NCBI RefSeq assembly: GCF_001186125.1
Contig: NW_014040274.1
Location: 27,020-59,147, forward strand
Direction: 5' to 3'
Length of the DNA: 32,128 bases
From: Sphaeroforma arctica JP610
Lineage: Eukaryota
Each line of letters opens with the position of its first letter. Position 1 is the stretch's first letter. This document shows, in pieces, positions 1 through 14,264 of the stretch. The notes beneath the pieces were generated by a model that ran no database searches, had not been told where the DNA came from, and saw only the letters and a program-made list of their open reading frames with translations. A program made the position numbers and the translations under genes.

Positions 1-230
1 GACCTTTTGTGTCATAAAGTTACCAAGTGTATGACCTTTAATGTCGTATAGTTACCCAGTGTATGACTTTTTATGTGTAATAGTTACCAAGTGTATGACC
101 TTTTATTTCTTATAGTTAGCAAGTGTATGTCCTTTTATGTCATATGGTTACCAAGTGTATGACCTTGTATGTCGTATAGTTACTAAGTGTATGACCTTTT
201 ATGTCGTATAACTACCAAGTGTATTACCCT
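1..230. repeat. Tandem minisatellite, ~32-bp unit (GACCTTTTATGTCGTATAGTTACCAAGTGTAT), ~7 copies
   Basis: Diverged direct repeats visible from position 1; probably lies in an intron of the pyridoxal kinase gene. Confidence 0.9.
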
Positions 231-584
231 TGCTGTCACATGGATACCCATTGCACGGCCCTTATTGTTGTTTGGCATACGACACGAATTGGCGAGCATC
301 TCTCAGTTCAGAGAGATACGAGTGCGTACTCCGGGAGTACTCCACGCTGTGCTGCATGCGTGTACGTTTATGAGACACTGTGCCATCGCTGCCGGCGTGC
401 GTTGCCATGCCAACGCTTTAAGTCGTGTTTTTCAACACCCCCCGTGTGGCTGCTAAGTGTTGAACGTTTACGGTCTTTTTGTATTGTCGTAGCCATCTGT
501 TTGCTGTGGTGGTAGGGGACAATGACTCATTCACCTTGCCCAGAGCACTCATTTGACCGTTGTGGCTTTAGAATTCATTCACAG

Positions 585-1201
585 GTTCGGGAGATCTGTT
601 CACTTGTTTGCTAATGGCCTACTTCGATAAAAGCGGCGGAAAGCTTGACGAAACGATACTCAAGGTACGCGTACATGTGTGAGCTGGGGCTGTACCAGTG
701 TCTGGTGCAAAGATAAGTGACACGAGACGAGGTACCCGTCGATTGTGTCTGTGTTTGTATGGATTGTCCCCGACGCATACGGATATGCCTCCACATGAAC
801 TGGGAGGTCGCACGCATATCCGTCTATTATTGAGAGAGGGATCTGAACAGGGTGTCTTTCCCTACATTCTAAGTAATTAGATTTTGGCGAGCTTCTTAGC
901 CCATTTACCACATATAGGTGCACCTGTGCATATATCAATGCAACTATTGGTACGTCAACAACATACAGAAACTGCGTCATTGTATCACATACGTACAGTG
1001 CCTTTACTCAATGCTGATATGCAATTGTCACAGGTTTTGGGTACGCTGCAGGTGGTTCTAAAACGAACAATAGACTACGCCAAATCGGCGACTAAGGAAG
1101 GCGATAAGTTCGGCGCCAAAAACAAAGAGCTGAGACTGTTGCAGAGTAAGGACGTCATTGAACACCCGCCGAAATTCGATGCGGAGTGTTATAAACTGTG
1201 A
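585..1201 (+). CDS. PDXK: Pyridoxal kinase, last two exons (5' part of the gene apparently upstream of the window)
   Basis: Exons 585-664 (acag|GTTCGG...AAG|gtacgc) and 1034-1201 (cag|GTT...TGA) give GSGDLFTCLLMAYFDKSGGKLDETILK-VLGTLQVVLKRTIDYAKSATKEG...ELRLLQSKDVIEHPP. This has the ribokinase-family GxGD motif plus the PdxK C-terminal pattern 'vL.RT....ELR.vQS...IE.P'. AATAAA at ~1221. Confidence 0.88.
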
Positions 1202-1214
1202 ACTTTAAACACCC

Positions 1215-1890
1215 ATCTTAAATAAACTAGGTTAATAAATAAACGGATTGAAACACCAATGATACATAAACTAGGTCAATAAACAAACTGAGTGAGACCC
1301 ACATAAATAAACTAGGTTAATAAAAAAACTGATTGAAAGTCGCTTCACGAATAAGCTAGAAAATAAATAAACTGATTGAAACACACATCATACCGAATAA
1401 ACCAGGTTAATAGATAAACTGATTGAAACACACAACATAAATGAACTAGGTTAAGGAACACACATCACAAATAAACTCGATTAAGAAACACACATCATAG
1501 ATAAATTAGGCTAAGAAACACATCATAAATAATCTAAGTTAGGAAGCACGCATCATAAATAAACTAGGTTTAGAAACACATGAATAAATTAGGTTCATAA
1601 ACATACATGATAAACTAGGTTCAGAAACACACATAAAGTAAGAAACACACATCGTATATAAACTAGGTTCAGAAACATACTGATTGAAACACATTATAAA
1701 TAAGTTGGGTTAAGGAAAATTGATTGAATCGAACATCATAAATAACCTAGGTTTTTGAATAAGATTTAAACTGATTGAAACACACATCTTTTAAAAATAA
1801 ACTAGGATAATGTACAAATTGATTGAAACACGCATTTTAAATAAATTAGATTGATATTGAATAAATAAACTGATTGAAACACTCATCATA
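1215..1890. repeat. AT-rich degenerate tandem array (AAACTAGGTTAA / CTGATTGAAACACACATCAT motifs)
   Basis: Many diverged 30-45 bp units downstream of the PDXK stop. Confidence 0.8.
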
Positions 1891-2715
1891 TTAAAAACAT
1901 AGATGGGTGAGGGTATGTATCTTATAATNNNNNNNNNNNNNNNNNNNNCAACTGATTTTTAGTATAAAATATTGTAAATAAAAAAGAACACATTTAACTG
2001 AATACTGTATATTTATGTTTATATCTGATACATTTTCTGCGATACCAATTGCGCAGAGCTTTATATATTAAAATTAAAATATGTACAGGGAGTTTGTTCG
2101 TGATTATTCATTTTTGACCGGTTCATTTGGGACTCTGGGAGTGCAATTTGCATGAATGCGAGACTGGCCTCTTGCTATTCTCCGTAGCAACAGTACCAGA
2201 CTAACCTATTGCTATTCTTTATAGTATGTTCTTCGACATAACATAGTTGACAGCGTAATTTGCACCGAGTGATGGACCGACAGCGCTTAGCCTTTCCTTC
2301 CAATTTAGAAATCCAGGTACTTACTTAATCGCAAATCTGTATCAATTTGCAGAGTTAAATACGTATAGTTGTATGATTTGTAAATAACCATGCTGACATA
2401 AAAGTATGTTTCTAAGCATACTTACAAATGCATCGGTATGGGTATTGTTTAAATGTATGTATATACGAATGAATTGGTAAATAAATATGTCGTGACAAGG
2501 ACTTCTTTTAGTGAACTTTGCCGGTATACAATGCCGAATAAATATAATAATAAATATCTCGGTGGACTGGCGGTTGTCATCAAACAAGAACAAGTGAACA
2601 GCAGTTTGTTTGTGAACACACGACTGGGTGTTCACTCCTTCCCAATACAATAGTATCGCCAAGCCGCTCGTTGAAATCGTTTTAGTACATAGAGTGACAA
2701 GATCCATAAGATAAG

Positions 2716-4821
2716 ATGTCCGATTTGACAGAAGATCGTGCTGTGGCTGAGTACGATACTAAGGACGATGTAACGCTGCACACAAGTGTGAGCGTAGTGT
2801 CACATACGTATGCGAGCACAAGTGTGGACAATGTGGGAACGCACGTGTTGCAGCAGGAGGTTAGCAGAACAACCCTGACTAAAAGTGAGTTGGTTGTGCC
2901 TGTGGCTGGTATAGTTGCTCATGAGGAGGATCCTGTAGATACTCTGATGAGCGAGCCCGCAAGCGATCACGCGGTTCAAGAAATCGTACATGAACAATCA
3001 CATGCCAACGCAAATACACAGGCTGATTCACACACTCAACCGGATAAGCGATCCAGTGGTGTGCATGAGACTCTGGAGGCACACACACAACGCAGTCCTA
3101 AACGCGTACAGGACACTGTGCTGGCGGAGAAGCCTAATGTTGGCGAGCATACGGCTGAGAACGATCAAGTACCCGGTAGCGTAGCACAAACCATTGCAGC
3201 AGATGTGAATGTAAACACACATAATGATGTACAAATGAATAACGCGAGTGTGCATAACGCTATACATGGCAGGACTGGTGTGGCCAAAAGTGCCCAGACG
3301 GCACCTAATGATACAGAAATGGGCCTGTCAGCTATCACAACTGGGTATACAACCGTTCACGCTGAGAAAAGACCGCATGGCGAAGTCGAGTCATCAACCC
3401 GCGAACCAAATACACTACCCCCGGGAACGGAAACGGAAAAAGAACCGGAAACGGAAACGCGAAAGGGAAAGGGTGCGCTGGTAGAACCAAAGCCAACGGA
3501 TACGGCTAGGACAGAAGGCGTACAACCAACGGACGGGCGACTGTATCGGAAGTTAAAGGAAGTGCAAGAGGCAGCTACGAGCAGAGCCCTCGCATGCTGT
3601 TGGTATGTGTTGCAAGTGTGTTGGAATTGTATTGATTTGGTGGTAGTATGTGGGGTGTGTATTGTATTGGTGATAGTATGTGCCGTGCGTATTGCAGTAG
3701 TGGTAGTATGTGGAGTGTGTTTATTTTAAGTCCGTATTGGCCTGTATATGACAGTAGTGGTAGTATGTGGAGTGTTCATTTTCAGTCCGTATTCGCCTGT
3801 ATATGATAGTAGTGGTAGTATGTGGAGTGTGTTTGTTTTAAGTCCGTATTGCCCTGTATATGACAGTAGTGGTAGTATGTGGAGTGTTCATTTTCAGTCC
3901 GTATTCGCCTGTATATGATAGTAGTGGTAGTATGTGGAGTGTGTTTATTTTAAGTCCGTATTGCCCTGTATATGACAGTAGTGGTAATATGTGGAGTGTT
4001 CATTTTAAGTCCGTATTCGCCTGTATATGATAGTAGTGGTAGTATGTGGAGTGTGTTCATTTTCAGTCCGTATTCGCCTGTATATGACAGTAGTGGTAGT
4101 ATGTGGAGTGTGTTAATTTTAAGTCTGTATTGGCTTGTGTTTTGCAGTAGTGGTAGTATGCGTCATCCTTTGGCGTATGTTTGTGCTGACATGACAGTCC
4201 CCACGGTTGTGCAAAGCACTCATGTCATACGTATGCTTCATCTGTCCGTGCATGTACTTCTCTGAGGGTTGGTGTATGCTTGTGACTGTGTTTGTGAATG
4301 TCTGTGTACATTGACATCCCTTTGATTCCCACCAGCACGTTGATCTTGATATCATTTCAGTGTTTTGTTTTGCCAAGTTCTTAGCTTCCATGCAGTTTGC
4401 TTCCTCACGCGGGAGAACGTGCTTTCTTAAATGTATTTGGTGACTCTAATAACAGGGGATTGTGGATCCTGACCCAAAACTCGGAATTTGATAGTCCTGG
4501 GTTTGGGAATCAGGATTGGCTTTTCTGAGAATCTGGTACCTGTAGGCTACAGTATTCCCTTCAGTATAGCATGGGCTCTTCATTTCTGAAATAAGTTGTG
4601 AATTAGTTCGACTATTTCCGCTGGCACGTAAAGGTGACCATCGGTATTAGACGGAACACAGCCCTGCCGCCCTTTTTCAGACACAGTTCGTTGCTATAGT
4701 AATCGTTTTGGCTTAAAATTCGTCATACCCTGGCTGCTGCGGGCGTCGATCTCCGACAATGAACGAGAAAACATATCTACGTTTGATGGAAAGTGTCGTA
4801 CATAATGTTCCCTCAGACCCC

Positions 4822-4858
<37 letters not shown>

Positions 4859-7800
4859 GTAGTATCGTACGTACCGTACCGTACTACTACTACGTATCTA
4901 CTCGTTCGTTACGTTAACGTTAGTTAGTTAGTTAGTTACCGTTACCTTACTAACTAACGTANNNNNNNNNNNNNNNNNNNNGTCCGGTACGTACTCCGTA
5001 CCGAACTAAGTAACGGAACGGAAACGAAACTAATACTACTTTACGTTAGTAGTAAGGTAAGGTTACGGTTACGTACTAATAAGTTCCTTTCCTACACCTA
5101 CCCTCCTCTCTCTCTCTCTCTCTCTCTCTCTATCCGGTGATTATGGCCGTAAACCCTGCTACAATGTCATCTGGTCTTAATAGTGTGTATTAGCCCTTCA
5201 TAACAGATGATTCATAGTAGACGGTACTCATATCTATGCCATACACTCACTCTTTCATGATACACACAGATGTTCCATAGTAAAGTCCACTCAAATGCGT
5301 ATTCCAATTGTTTTATAGTAAAGAGTATACGCATATGTATGACACTCACCCATTCGTTCATACTCATCTGTATGACACACCCATTCGTTCATACTCACCT
5401 GTATGACACACCCATTCGTTCATACTCATTTGTATTACACACACCCATTCGTTCATACTCACCTGTATGTGACACACCCATTCGTTCATACTCATCTGTA
5501 TGTCACACACCCATTCGTTCATACTCATATGTATGTCACACACCCATTTGTTCATACTCATCTGTATGACACACCCACTCGTTCATATTCATCTGTATGG
5601 CACACCCATTCGTTCATACTCATCTGTATGACACACCCATTCGTTCATACTCATCTGTATGGCACACCCATTCGTTCATACTCATCTGTATGACACACCC
5701 ATTCGTTCATACTCATCTGTATGTCCCTCACTCACTCGCTGTAGTTGGTCGCGGATGAAGGCGTGCTGCGCCCCCAAAGACGACGACCAGGATGAGTTTT
5801 ACGAAGAGATATTCGACCGCATGCACCAGTTTCTACTACAGAGCATGAGGGTACGTGTAGTGTAACATGTGAGCTGGGGTTAGTGTGAGGGTAATAGTAG
5901 TGTGACATGTGAGTTAGGTTTGAGTGGGGTGTAGTACTCACCCATGACCACGCAGGAAGGTTAGTAGTAGTGGATGGTATGTAGAAGCAATTTATGCTTT
6001 GTCATTGAAGGCGAGGAGAGTGGAGGCACTGAGTTAGGGACGGTTGTCTTTATGTACAAGCGCTGTTGTAGTGTGATGCTGACGTTGTATGATGTAGTTG
6101 CCCCTATGACGGGTGTCTGATATATACTGCAGCGTATATGGAGCACTCGTGCGCATAGATATACATACCCACACATTGCGCTTATGTATAGACGCGGAAC
6201 CGTTTGACACATGTGAGTACACGCACCAAATACAGTACCCGCATGCGAATGCCTACGAGATGGATATTGTAAATACGTATATTGTGAATACGTATCTTTT
6301 AAATACGTGCATTATGAATACGCATTTTGGTAATACGTACATTGCAAGTACGTATCTTTTAAATACGTATATTGTAAATACGTATAGGGTAAACACGTAG
6401 AACAAACCCCACAGCTGTCCGAGCATGCACAGGTACTCATCACAGGCCTCCCAGTTAGGCGCACAGATGTACTGGTTCACCTTACTCTGCATTTTGAATT
6501 AGGATGAATTCGATCTGATTGTGGAAGAAACGGGGGGGAAAGCCAAATTAAACAACCTCGAGGTGTTGATAGACGATGCGAAGGCCAGAGATCAAGACGC
6601 CACCACCCCGAAAGCGAAGAGGAGGTACTGTGCTGCCATATGTGTGTGTGCGTGTGCGTGTGCGTGTGCGTGTGCGTGTGCTTGTCATTGTGCATGTGTT
6701 TGTACTTGATTCAGACAATTGTACATAATCATACAGTTCGTTTGCGCACATAAGAGGACTTTCTTTGTGAGTGAGTGTGATCTGCCTATGTTGAGTCCGT
6801 TGCATACCACCATTCACCTCCTAACACCCTTGACTACACACTATCGCTATAGGCGGCAAGTGCCTGACGCAGAAACGATCATCCGGTCACATATGATCCC
6901 AGTTAAACTGAGCCAGATAGAAACACTGAAGAGTGAGCTGGCTGAGGTGTGGATGTCGTGTGTTCGTACTGAGTACGTTTAGTGTAGGCGGGGCAATTGC
7001 AGTTGGGCGGTGTAGCGGTTTTATCGACTCGGATTCTCTCGAGTGCACTGGTCGGTGTGTTTTGAATTGTAAGGTGTGCTTGTTTGTTTGAAGGTGCTTT
7101 TAACTTGTAGTGAGTCTCATGTACTGTCCGTGTGTATGTTTTGAATTGTAAGGTGTGCTTGTGTGTTTGAAGGCGCTTTTAACTTGTAGTCAGTCTCATG
7201 TACTGTCCGTGTATATGTTTTGAATTGTAAGGTGTGCTTGTTTGTTTGAAGGTGCTTTTCACTTGTAGTCAGTCTTATGTACTGTCTGTGTGTGTGTTTT
7301 GAATTGTAAGGTGTGCTTGTTTGTTTGAAGGTGCTTTAACCTTGTAGTTAGTCTCATGTACTGTCCGTGTGTAAGTTTTGGATTGTAAGGTGTGCTTGTT
7401 TGTTTAAAGGTGCTTTCAACTTGTAGTCAGTCTCATGTACTGTCTGTGTGTGTGTGTTTTAAATTGTATAGTGTGTTTGTTTATTTGAAGTTCCTTCTAA
7501 CTTTAAGCAGTGTCCGAGTGTGTGTGTAGTATCTGCGTCATTCTGTGTATCACTGCCTTACTCTCCGCTCGAAATGGCGTCATGCATGTACCAATACTTA
7601 CTATGACATGACATTCTTCGTTTCTTGTACCCACCCCTACTATGACATACCCTGTGCAGCTCCGCGAAGCCACAGCCAAGCAAGAGAAGGCGATTGAGCT
7701 GGAGAAACAAACGGTTCAGGCCCTATTCCGAGATGTCGAGACCAAGTCCGAATCGCTCACCAGGGTATGCCGACCCACCCCCACGCCCAAAAGGGAGCGC

Positions 7801-8746
7801 ATGTATACGTGGGTGTGGACAGGCCTACAAAAGGGCCTAAATGCGCACATTGAGCCGCACATGCTGTTCCAATGAGACGCACTGCAATGCCTCGCAGAGA
7901 CGTCGACTCGTGTGTAACGGCGTGTGGCCTATACTTGCTCGAGTTGGCATGGCAACGTGCGACTGAGTGGTCGTGTTGTCTTGTTGCCGATACTTCCTGT
8001 GTCCATATCCACGAGTGTGTGTGTGTGGCTGTGTGCTTTGCGGATGTGGTGGTGTGTCAATAGGTGTGTATGGGTGGCGTGTGTGGCGTATGCGCAGTGA
8101 GTCTTCTCTCAGTGCCGTTTGAATGTGTTGTGGTGATTTCATGATTGCATTATAGGCCACTATTTGCCTCTACTTCATCTCGGCCGTGGCATGTCTTTCT
8201 CACCGCAGGTCATATAGCCGAATAGTGCGTGCTTGTATGTGTGTATGTCTGTGCGTTTATGTGTGTGCGTGTGTGTGGTGCGTATGCGTGTTTGTCTGTA
8301 TGTGTTGTGTGTGTGTATGTGGTTTTTGTGCGTGCGTGTGTGTTGTGTGTGTGTGAGTCTGTATGTGGTGTTTCGTGCGTGTGTGTGTGTTGTGTGTATA
8401 TTTGTGTAGTGTGCGTGTATGCCTGTATGTGTGTATGCCTTTATGTATGTGTAGGTGTGGGTGTGCATGTACATCGCTTCGTGCAATTTGATACGAGAGT
8501 GCGTGCGTGTACCAGTATACCGTTATTCGTCATCGTTGTCGTGCTGCTGTGAGTTGGGTGTGTGTGCCTACACGTCCTTGTGTGTGCTGTTGCTCGCGCG
8601 GAGTGCTTATGATGCAAACCATGTCTGCTGGCTCGTGAGTGTCGATTGATAAAAGCCTGGCACTAGTGCCGTATGTGCCATTCGGTTGGTTGGTCAAATA
8701 CCATCTCGTGTAGAATTGGCAGGTATTTCGTTGCGTACTTAGTTAG

Positions 8747-8789
<43 letters not shown>

Positions 8790-8933
8790 CGCCTAGCACT
8801 CTGCTATGAACTGTAAGCACACTGACTGCTGTGCCGCGTGATACTTTCATTTCATTCGCAGGCGGTCGAGTCGTGCGAAGGCATCGAGCAAGACGCAATA
8901 CAAGACACCATCAGGCAACTGCGCACGTTATAG
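2716..8933 (+). CDS. NNF1: Nnf1/PMF1-like Mis12-complex kinetochore subunit with long N-terminal low-complexity extension (~461 aa, 6 exons)
   Basis: Exons 2716-3602, 5745-5850, 6503-6624, 6853-6946, 7660-7764 and 8862-8933 are all GT-AG, phase-compatible and total 1386 nt. The C-terminal part (...FDRMHQFLLQSMRDEFDLIVEETGGKAKLNNLEVLIDDAKAR...PDAETIIRSHMIPVKLSQIETLKSELAELREA...) matches the Nnf1 pattern 'EF..I.EE....KLN.L..LI..AK.R ... PE..IR....P' followed by a coiled coil. Confidence 0.8.
3640..4160. repeat. Intronic minisatellite, ~55-57-bp unit (AGTAGTGGTAGTATGTGGAGTG...CCTGTATATGAY)
   Basis: About 8 tandem copies beginning just after the NNF1 exon-1 donor. Confidence 0.9.
4824..5130. repeat. 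(CT)n microsatellite flanking an assembly gap, with low-quality sequence between
   Basis: (CT)n at ~4824-4855 and ~5105-5130, with an N run at 4962-4981. Confidence 0.75.
5335..5722. repeat. Intronic minisatellite, ~31-33-bp unit (GACACACCCATTCGTTCATACTCATCTGTAT)
   Basis: About 12 tandem copies ending ~20 nt before the NNF1 exon-2 acceptor. Confidence 0.92.
6265..6398. repeat. 15-bp tandem repeat (ATTGTAAATACGTAT-like)
   Basis: About 9 diverged copies in NNF1 intron 2. Confidence 0.8.
7055..7500. repeat. Intronic minisatellite, ~79-bp unit
   Basis: TTTTGAATTGTAAGGTGTGCTTG recurs at ~7060, 7139, 7218, 7297 and 7376. Confidence 0.9.
8225..8470. repeat. Degenerate (GT)n-rich microsatellite
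   Basis: TG/GT-dominated tract in NNF1 intron 5. Confidence 0.8.
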
Positions 8934-10047
8934 TACTACGATGGTAGCGTTAAAATTACCGCGACAATAGGCCCTGTTCGGTACCACAATGGTACGGTTT
9001 GCATATGAACAGATAGATGCTCTCAACCCGCTGGCTGAGGGGTCTAGGGTGTACTATTGCTTAGGGGTGGTGATGATGGTGAACAGTTGGCAGTCAACCG
9101 GGTGTCCATGCTGTCTGCGTTGTGATACTGGGCAGAGTGCATAATGAGTCATGACATTAATTCAATCACTAATCCGCGAGGGACATTCCGAAGGCTTCCT
9201 GCTACAACGCATGGCAGGCAAGGGTCGCCTGTCGCAACTCTACACTGTCTATAAATCGCCTAATTGACGGTCACTGGCTTTAGCTTTAGAGCCCTGTCTA
9301 CCCGAAGTAGGCCACTTGAGGCGTCAGTCCTCTGGCGCTACCGCGGGGGCCACAACAACAGGCTCAACGGGGCAAGAATAGGCCAAGACACTGCATACCT
9401 TCGGATAGGCACTATATACAGCTGCCCTTAGAGTGTCACCGTATGACCCTATGCGATGCCGCTGATTCAGGCAATGGTCCCCCCTCCCAAAAAAAAATAT
9501 GTTGCAGATGGGACTTTTAGTCCGTGGTTGTGTTCTTCGAGCTTCCTCTCAACCACACCGCCTAGTACAAGCACTTGCATTGCCAGAGGCCAATACTGTT
9601 GGGGCTGTAGAATATCAGCTCATGCTTCTGGAAATCGAATCGAGGTCTGAAGGTCAGGTCATCTGTACGCCGGTGCGGCGTACGGGTAACCATAGCACCC
9701 GTTGGACTTACCTACCTACCTCCCTATGATATGTTTTCCGAGGGGTATGGAACACGAACCAACAACCATGAGGAGACTGACCACGAAATGATTATGCAGA
9801 CTCGGCATATGAGGCAAACAACAGAGCAGCCAAGCGAGCACAAACATGGGTAGGTAGGTAGAAAACATTCGGGTTACTTAGAGGGAGCAATAGGTAGATA
9901 AAACACACTGGGACGACTTGGAGGGAAGCATGGGCTCTTCTTCTCGGCGATTGGGGTGAGTGTTATTTTTCTTGCTCCGTCTCCTGTGGGTCTGGTGTCT
10001 CAATCCCCTGGGCCAGGGTCGACTCATTCAATCGACTCGTCCAGTTG

Positions 10048-10235
10048 GTAGACTCGGCTGGTGTTCGTGGAGGTAGGCATAGATAGGTAGACGACACCTG
10101 AGTTGCTTAGAGATAGGCATGGACGGGTAGACACAGCTGGCGTTCGTGGAGGTAGGCATAGGTAGGTAGACGATACCTGAGTTGCTTAGAGGGAGGCATA
10201 GGCAGATAGACTCAGCTGGTGTTCGTGGAGGCAGA
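10048..10235. repeat. ~79-bp direct repeat x2.4 (GGTAGAC...GTTCGTGGAGGTAGGCATAG...CCTGAGTTGCTTAGAG)
   Basis: Direct repeats are visible; related subunits occur at ~9850-9930. Confidence 0.8.
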
Positions 10236-10599
10236 CGATGGCTCAGGAGGGCACATGCACCTGCCGACATGATATGTAGACGCTGTTGTGGTTGATGCAT
10301 CAGAGATTAGATCATAAGGTGCTGTGAGGTTTTGAGGTGAACGATCGAGAATTGGAAACAAGCGTACCGATGGCCGTTCATGTATGTCTACGCAATGGTG
10401 TTTGTGTTCTGCTTGCACGCGTATACATCTATAGAGAGCGGTAAGTCTACGCCTAGTGTGTTGTTTAAAGGTGTTTCATGCGTTTCTCGTCATACTATGT
10501 CAGCTGAGGACTCGCTCGAGTGAACAACTCTTATGCACATCACACCTGCACACACTAGTAGCAGCCTTCGGCGGCCAATTCGAATCAAAGTCCGAGGCA

Positions 10600-10908
10600 T
10601 GTTAGGCTTAGTCTGAGCTTGGAGAAGCCCACTCCGCAGACACCACGAACGATACTAGCGAACTGTGTCATCACTTGACCTGCGCACAGACCAATGAAAA
10701 ATCTTAGCTATAAATAGAATCGCACATTTACGGGTAGACGCGACAATCGGCATTCATAATGCCCGACCAGCCCAGCCAGGTCAACCAACTACTAGTGTAA
10801 GTGATCCATCGAGAGAAGACAAACAACACCCTTCATCTGCACTCCAAAGCACACCTTGCAGATGGACTTAGCAACTCTGCATGCCGCATAACGTATTGGC
10901 GCGGTGAG
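10600..10908 (+). mobile_element. Probable LTR (~294 bp) followed by a primer-binding site; truncated LTR-retrotransposon remnant
   Basis: Starts TGTTAGGC (10600) and ends GCATAACG (10893), an imperfect inverted terminus. It contains CCAAT (10691) and TATAAATA (10709), and TGGCGCGGTGAG follows at 10897, resembling a tRNA-Ser-type PBS (TGGCGCTGTGAG). No second LTR or pol was seen. Confidence 0.5.
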
Positions 10909-11559
10909 AGATTACACCCAGGGGGGGGTGCTTAATAATAACTCAACTGGTAGGCTGCCAAGGATGTTTTCCTATGTGCTCAGCTCCTCCCCCTCCCCCC
11001 CCCTGCCCCATCTCAGTGGTTCCACTCAACTCAGTCTGACGTGTAGGTAGAACAGTGGGCTTGGTAGGTAAAGCGCACTGATACTGTGGTGTTGCGTGGC
11101 CAAAGGGTTTTTGAAGAACATACATTGGAGATCTCAAGGGCTGGTTTTGTCCGGGACGTTATATGAGGTCAGCGTACCTTGATGGAAGATGACGGCGTAT
11201 TCAGATCGTATACGTCTCTGCACTCAGATCGTACCTGCGTCTCGTTGTTTGGAGACACCCAATAAAGAATTCATAATATATACACATATATATATATCTA
11301 TATAGTGAAGGACATTTTGAAATATAAGAAAATGTGACATCCAAATAAAGAATTTATANNNNNNNNNNNNNNNNNNNNTATATATAGTGAAAGACATTAA
11401 GGAATCCAAGAAAATGTGTCAACATCGAACGACATCTGCCTGCAGTTCATACCAGAACTGAGACGGACTGTTGCACTATTCTAATACTATAAATAGAATT
11501 GAAATTGAAAAGGAACCCAACAGGAAACATATAGTTGTAGTCTTTCAGACAAGACTTAC

Positions 11560-12290
11560 TGCAAATATCCTTGGATTAGATAGAACTCAAAAGTGATGTG
11601 CTTGTAGCCTTTCGTACAAGACTTTATGCAAATATACTTGGATTTAAAGAGAATTCAGCAGGAGATATATGCTGGTACTCTTCCATACAAGACTTGCTAC
11701 AAATATACTTGGATTTAAAGTATAAATATATGCTGTTAGTCTTTCATACAAAAAATTTTACAAATATACTTGGGTTTAAAGTGATCTTAGCAGGAGATAT
11801 ATGCTTGTATTCTTCTATACAAGACTTGCTACAAATATACTTGGATTTAAATAGAATTCAACAAGTGACATACACTTGTAAGTCTTTCGTACAACTCGTA
11901 CTACAGATATATTTGGATTTAAATACAATTCAATAGGTGATATATGCTTGTATATGTTTGGATTTAAATACATTTCAATGTGATATATGCTTGTATATGT
12001 TTGGATTGAAATACAATTCAATAAGTGACATATGCTTGTATATGTTTGAATTTAAATACAATTCAATTAGTGATATATGCTTGTAGTCTTTCGTATAAGA
12101 CTTACTACATTTGAATACAATTCAACCAGTGAGGCCCACTCGTTTATATATTCTGCTTTATTGACAGGTAGAAACTAATATACGTATATATGCAACCCGG
12201 TTGAACCAGTAGATATACATTTTACAGAGGTCCACTCGTTCATATATTCTGCTATATTGACAGGTAGAGACTAATATACGTATATATACA
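11560..12290. repeat. Degenerate AT-rich tandem repeats (CAAATATACTTGGATTTAAA...) plus a ~60-bp duplication (12131 and 12227)
   Basis: Repeated motifs are visible in the sequence. Confidence 0.75.
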
Positions 12291-12459
12291 ACACAATTGA
12301 GCCAATCCTCGCCTTTCGCGTGTCCAGTCTCACACCAAGCCTTGTTGTTGAAGGGACATTCCCCGCAGAAAGGCGCCGTATCATTGACCAGTCGCGCCCA
12401 TAAACCCATGACACAGGTCGGCCCTAGAACCCGAACTTTTGGGCCCTAGAACCCGGACT

Positions 12460-13584
<1,125 letters not shown>

Positions 13585-14264
13585 CTTGCCTTCTGTGTAG
13601 AAGAATGCTCAAGCTAGTGCTGTAGTTCTATATATTATGGGATGCCTCTATATAGTAGCAAGTGAATAGGGGTAGCGCTACTAGATGTCAATTGACGTTC
13701 TGTACTACTTGCCTGCACAAAGTATACAGAACTCGCGTCGTTGTTATTGTCAACTATTTGTGGAGTTGCCTCACTTTTGGCTTTTCTGTGTGAACACGTT
13801 GCACAGAAAAAAAACTGTTGTGCGCAAATAATCAAATACACATCACTCAGTGCACTTTCGCATTGAAACTAAAACACATCAGGTTCCTCAGTACATCATG
13901 ATTTTATTTCTGCCATTCTGACTGGAGATTTTTTAGGAATTTAGTTTGGCGTTTTTGAAATTTCTCAATTTTCAGGGCTCACAATTTAGGGTTTATCTAG
14001 CGTTGACGCGATTGAAAAACCCCTAATTTTGAAAAATGATTCATGGTGAATTTCCCGCCGAAAGTGAACCACACGTTTTGCCTGTTGAGATTTCTACCCG
14101 ATATTTAAAAATATATATTTTTAAATTATGTAATGATAAGGGGCTTTCATCGATGTTTATCTGTTAAATATAGTACAGGACATTTCGTGGTAGTTGCCTG
14201 TGTTTCTATACCACTTGGTGGTCGTAACGTGACAACCGGCCGGTACACACACAGCCTTAGCACT
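13585..14264. promoter_or_regulatory. Putative bidirectional promoter between the snRNP gene and the RAP-domain gene
   Basis: Head-to-head ATGs ~680 bp apart. Contains TTTCCCGC (E2F-type, 14051-14058) and TTAGGGTTT (13986-13994). Function is inferred only. Confidence 0.45.

Noticed and set aside
187..515. ORFs containing 'SAYSG' or 'IRVRTP' as the preceding pyridoxal kinase exon
   Set aside because: I found no phase-compatible GT donor that joins them convincingly to exon 585.
3603..3729. Hydrophobic Val/Cys-rich C-terminus of the 337-aa ORF as a transmembrane segment
   Set aside because: It is read-through past the donor at 3602 into intronic repeat sequence.
4855..5100. Odd quasi-periodic ACGT/GTAC/TAGT sequence around an N gap
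   Set aside because: It sits between two (CT)n tracts on either side of a gap and looks like out-of-phase pyrosequencing noise after a microsatellite. Similar text follows the gap at ~15066. Treated as an artefact.
5335..5722. 30-38-bp repeat arrays (also 1-230 and 24110-24610) as CRISPR arrays
   Set aside because: Units are head-to-tail with no unique spacers, lie in eukaryotic introns, and no cas genes are present.
12290..12459. U1A autoregulatory PIE element in the 3' UTR
   Set aside because: No AUUGCAC or AUUGUAC boxes were found on the minus strand here, only a ~20-bp direct repeat.
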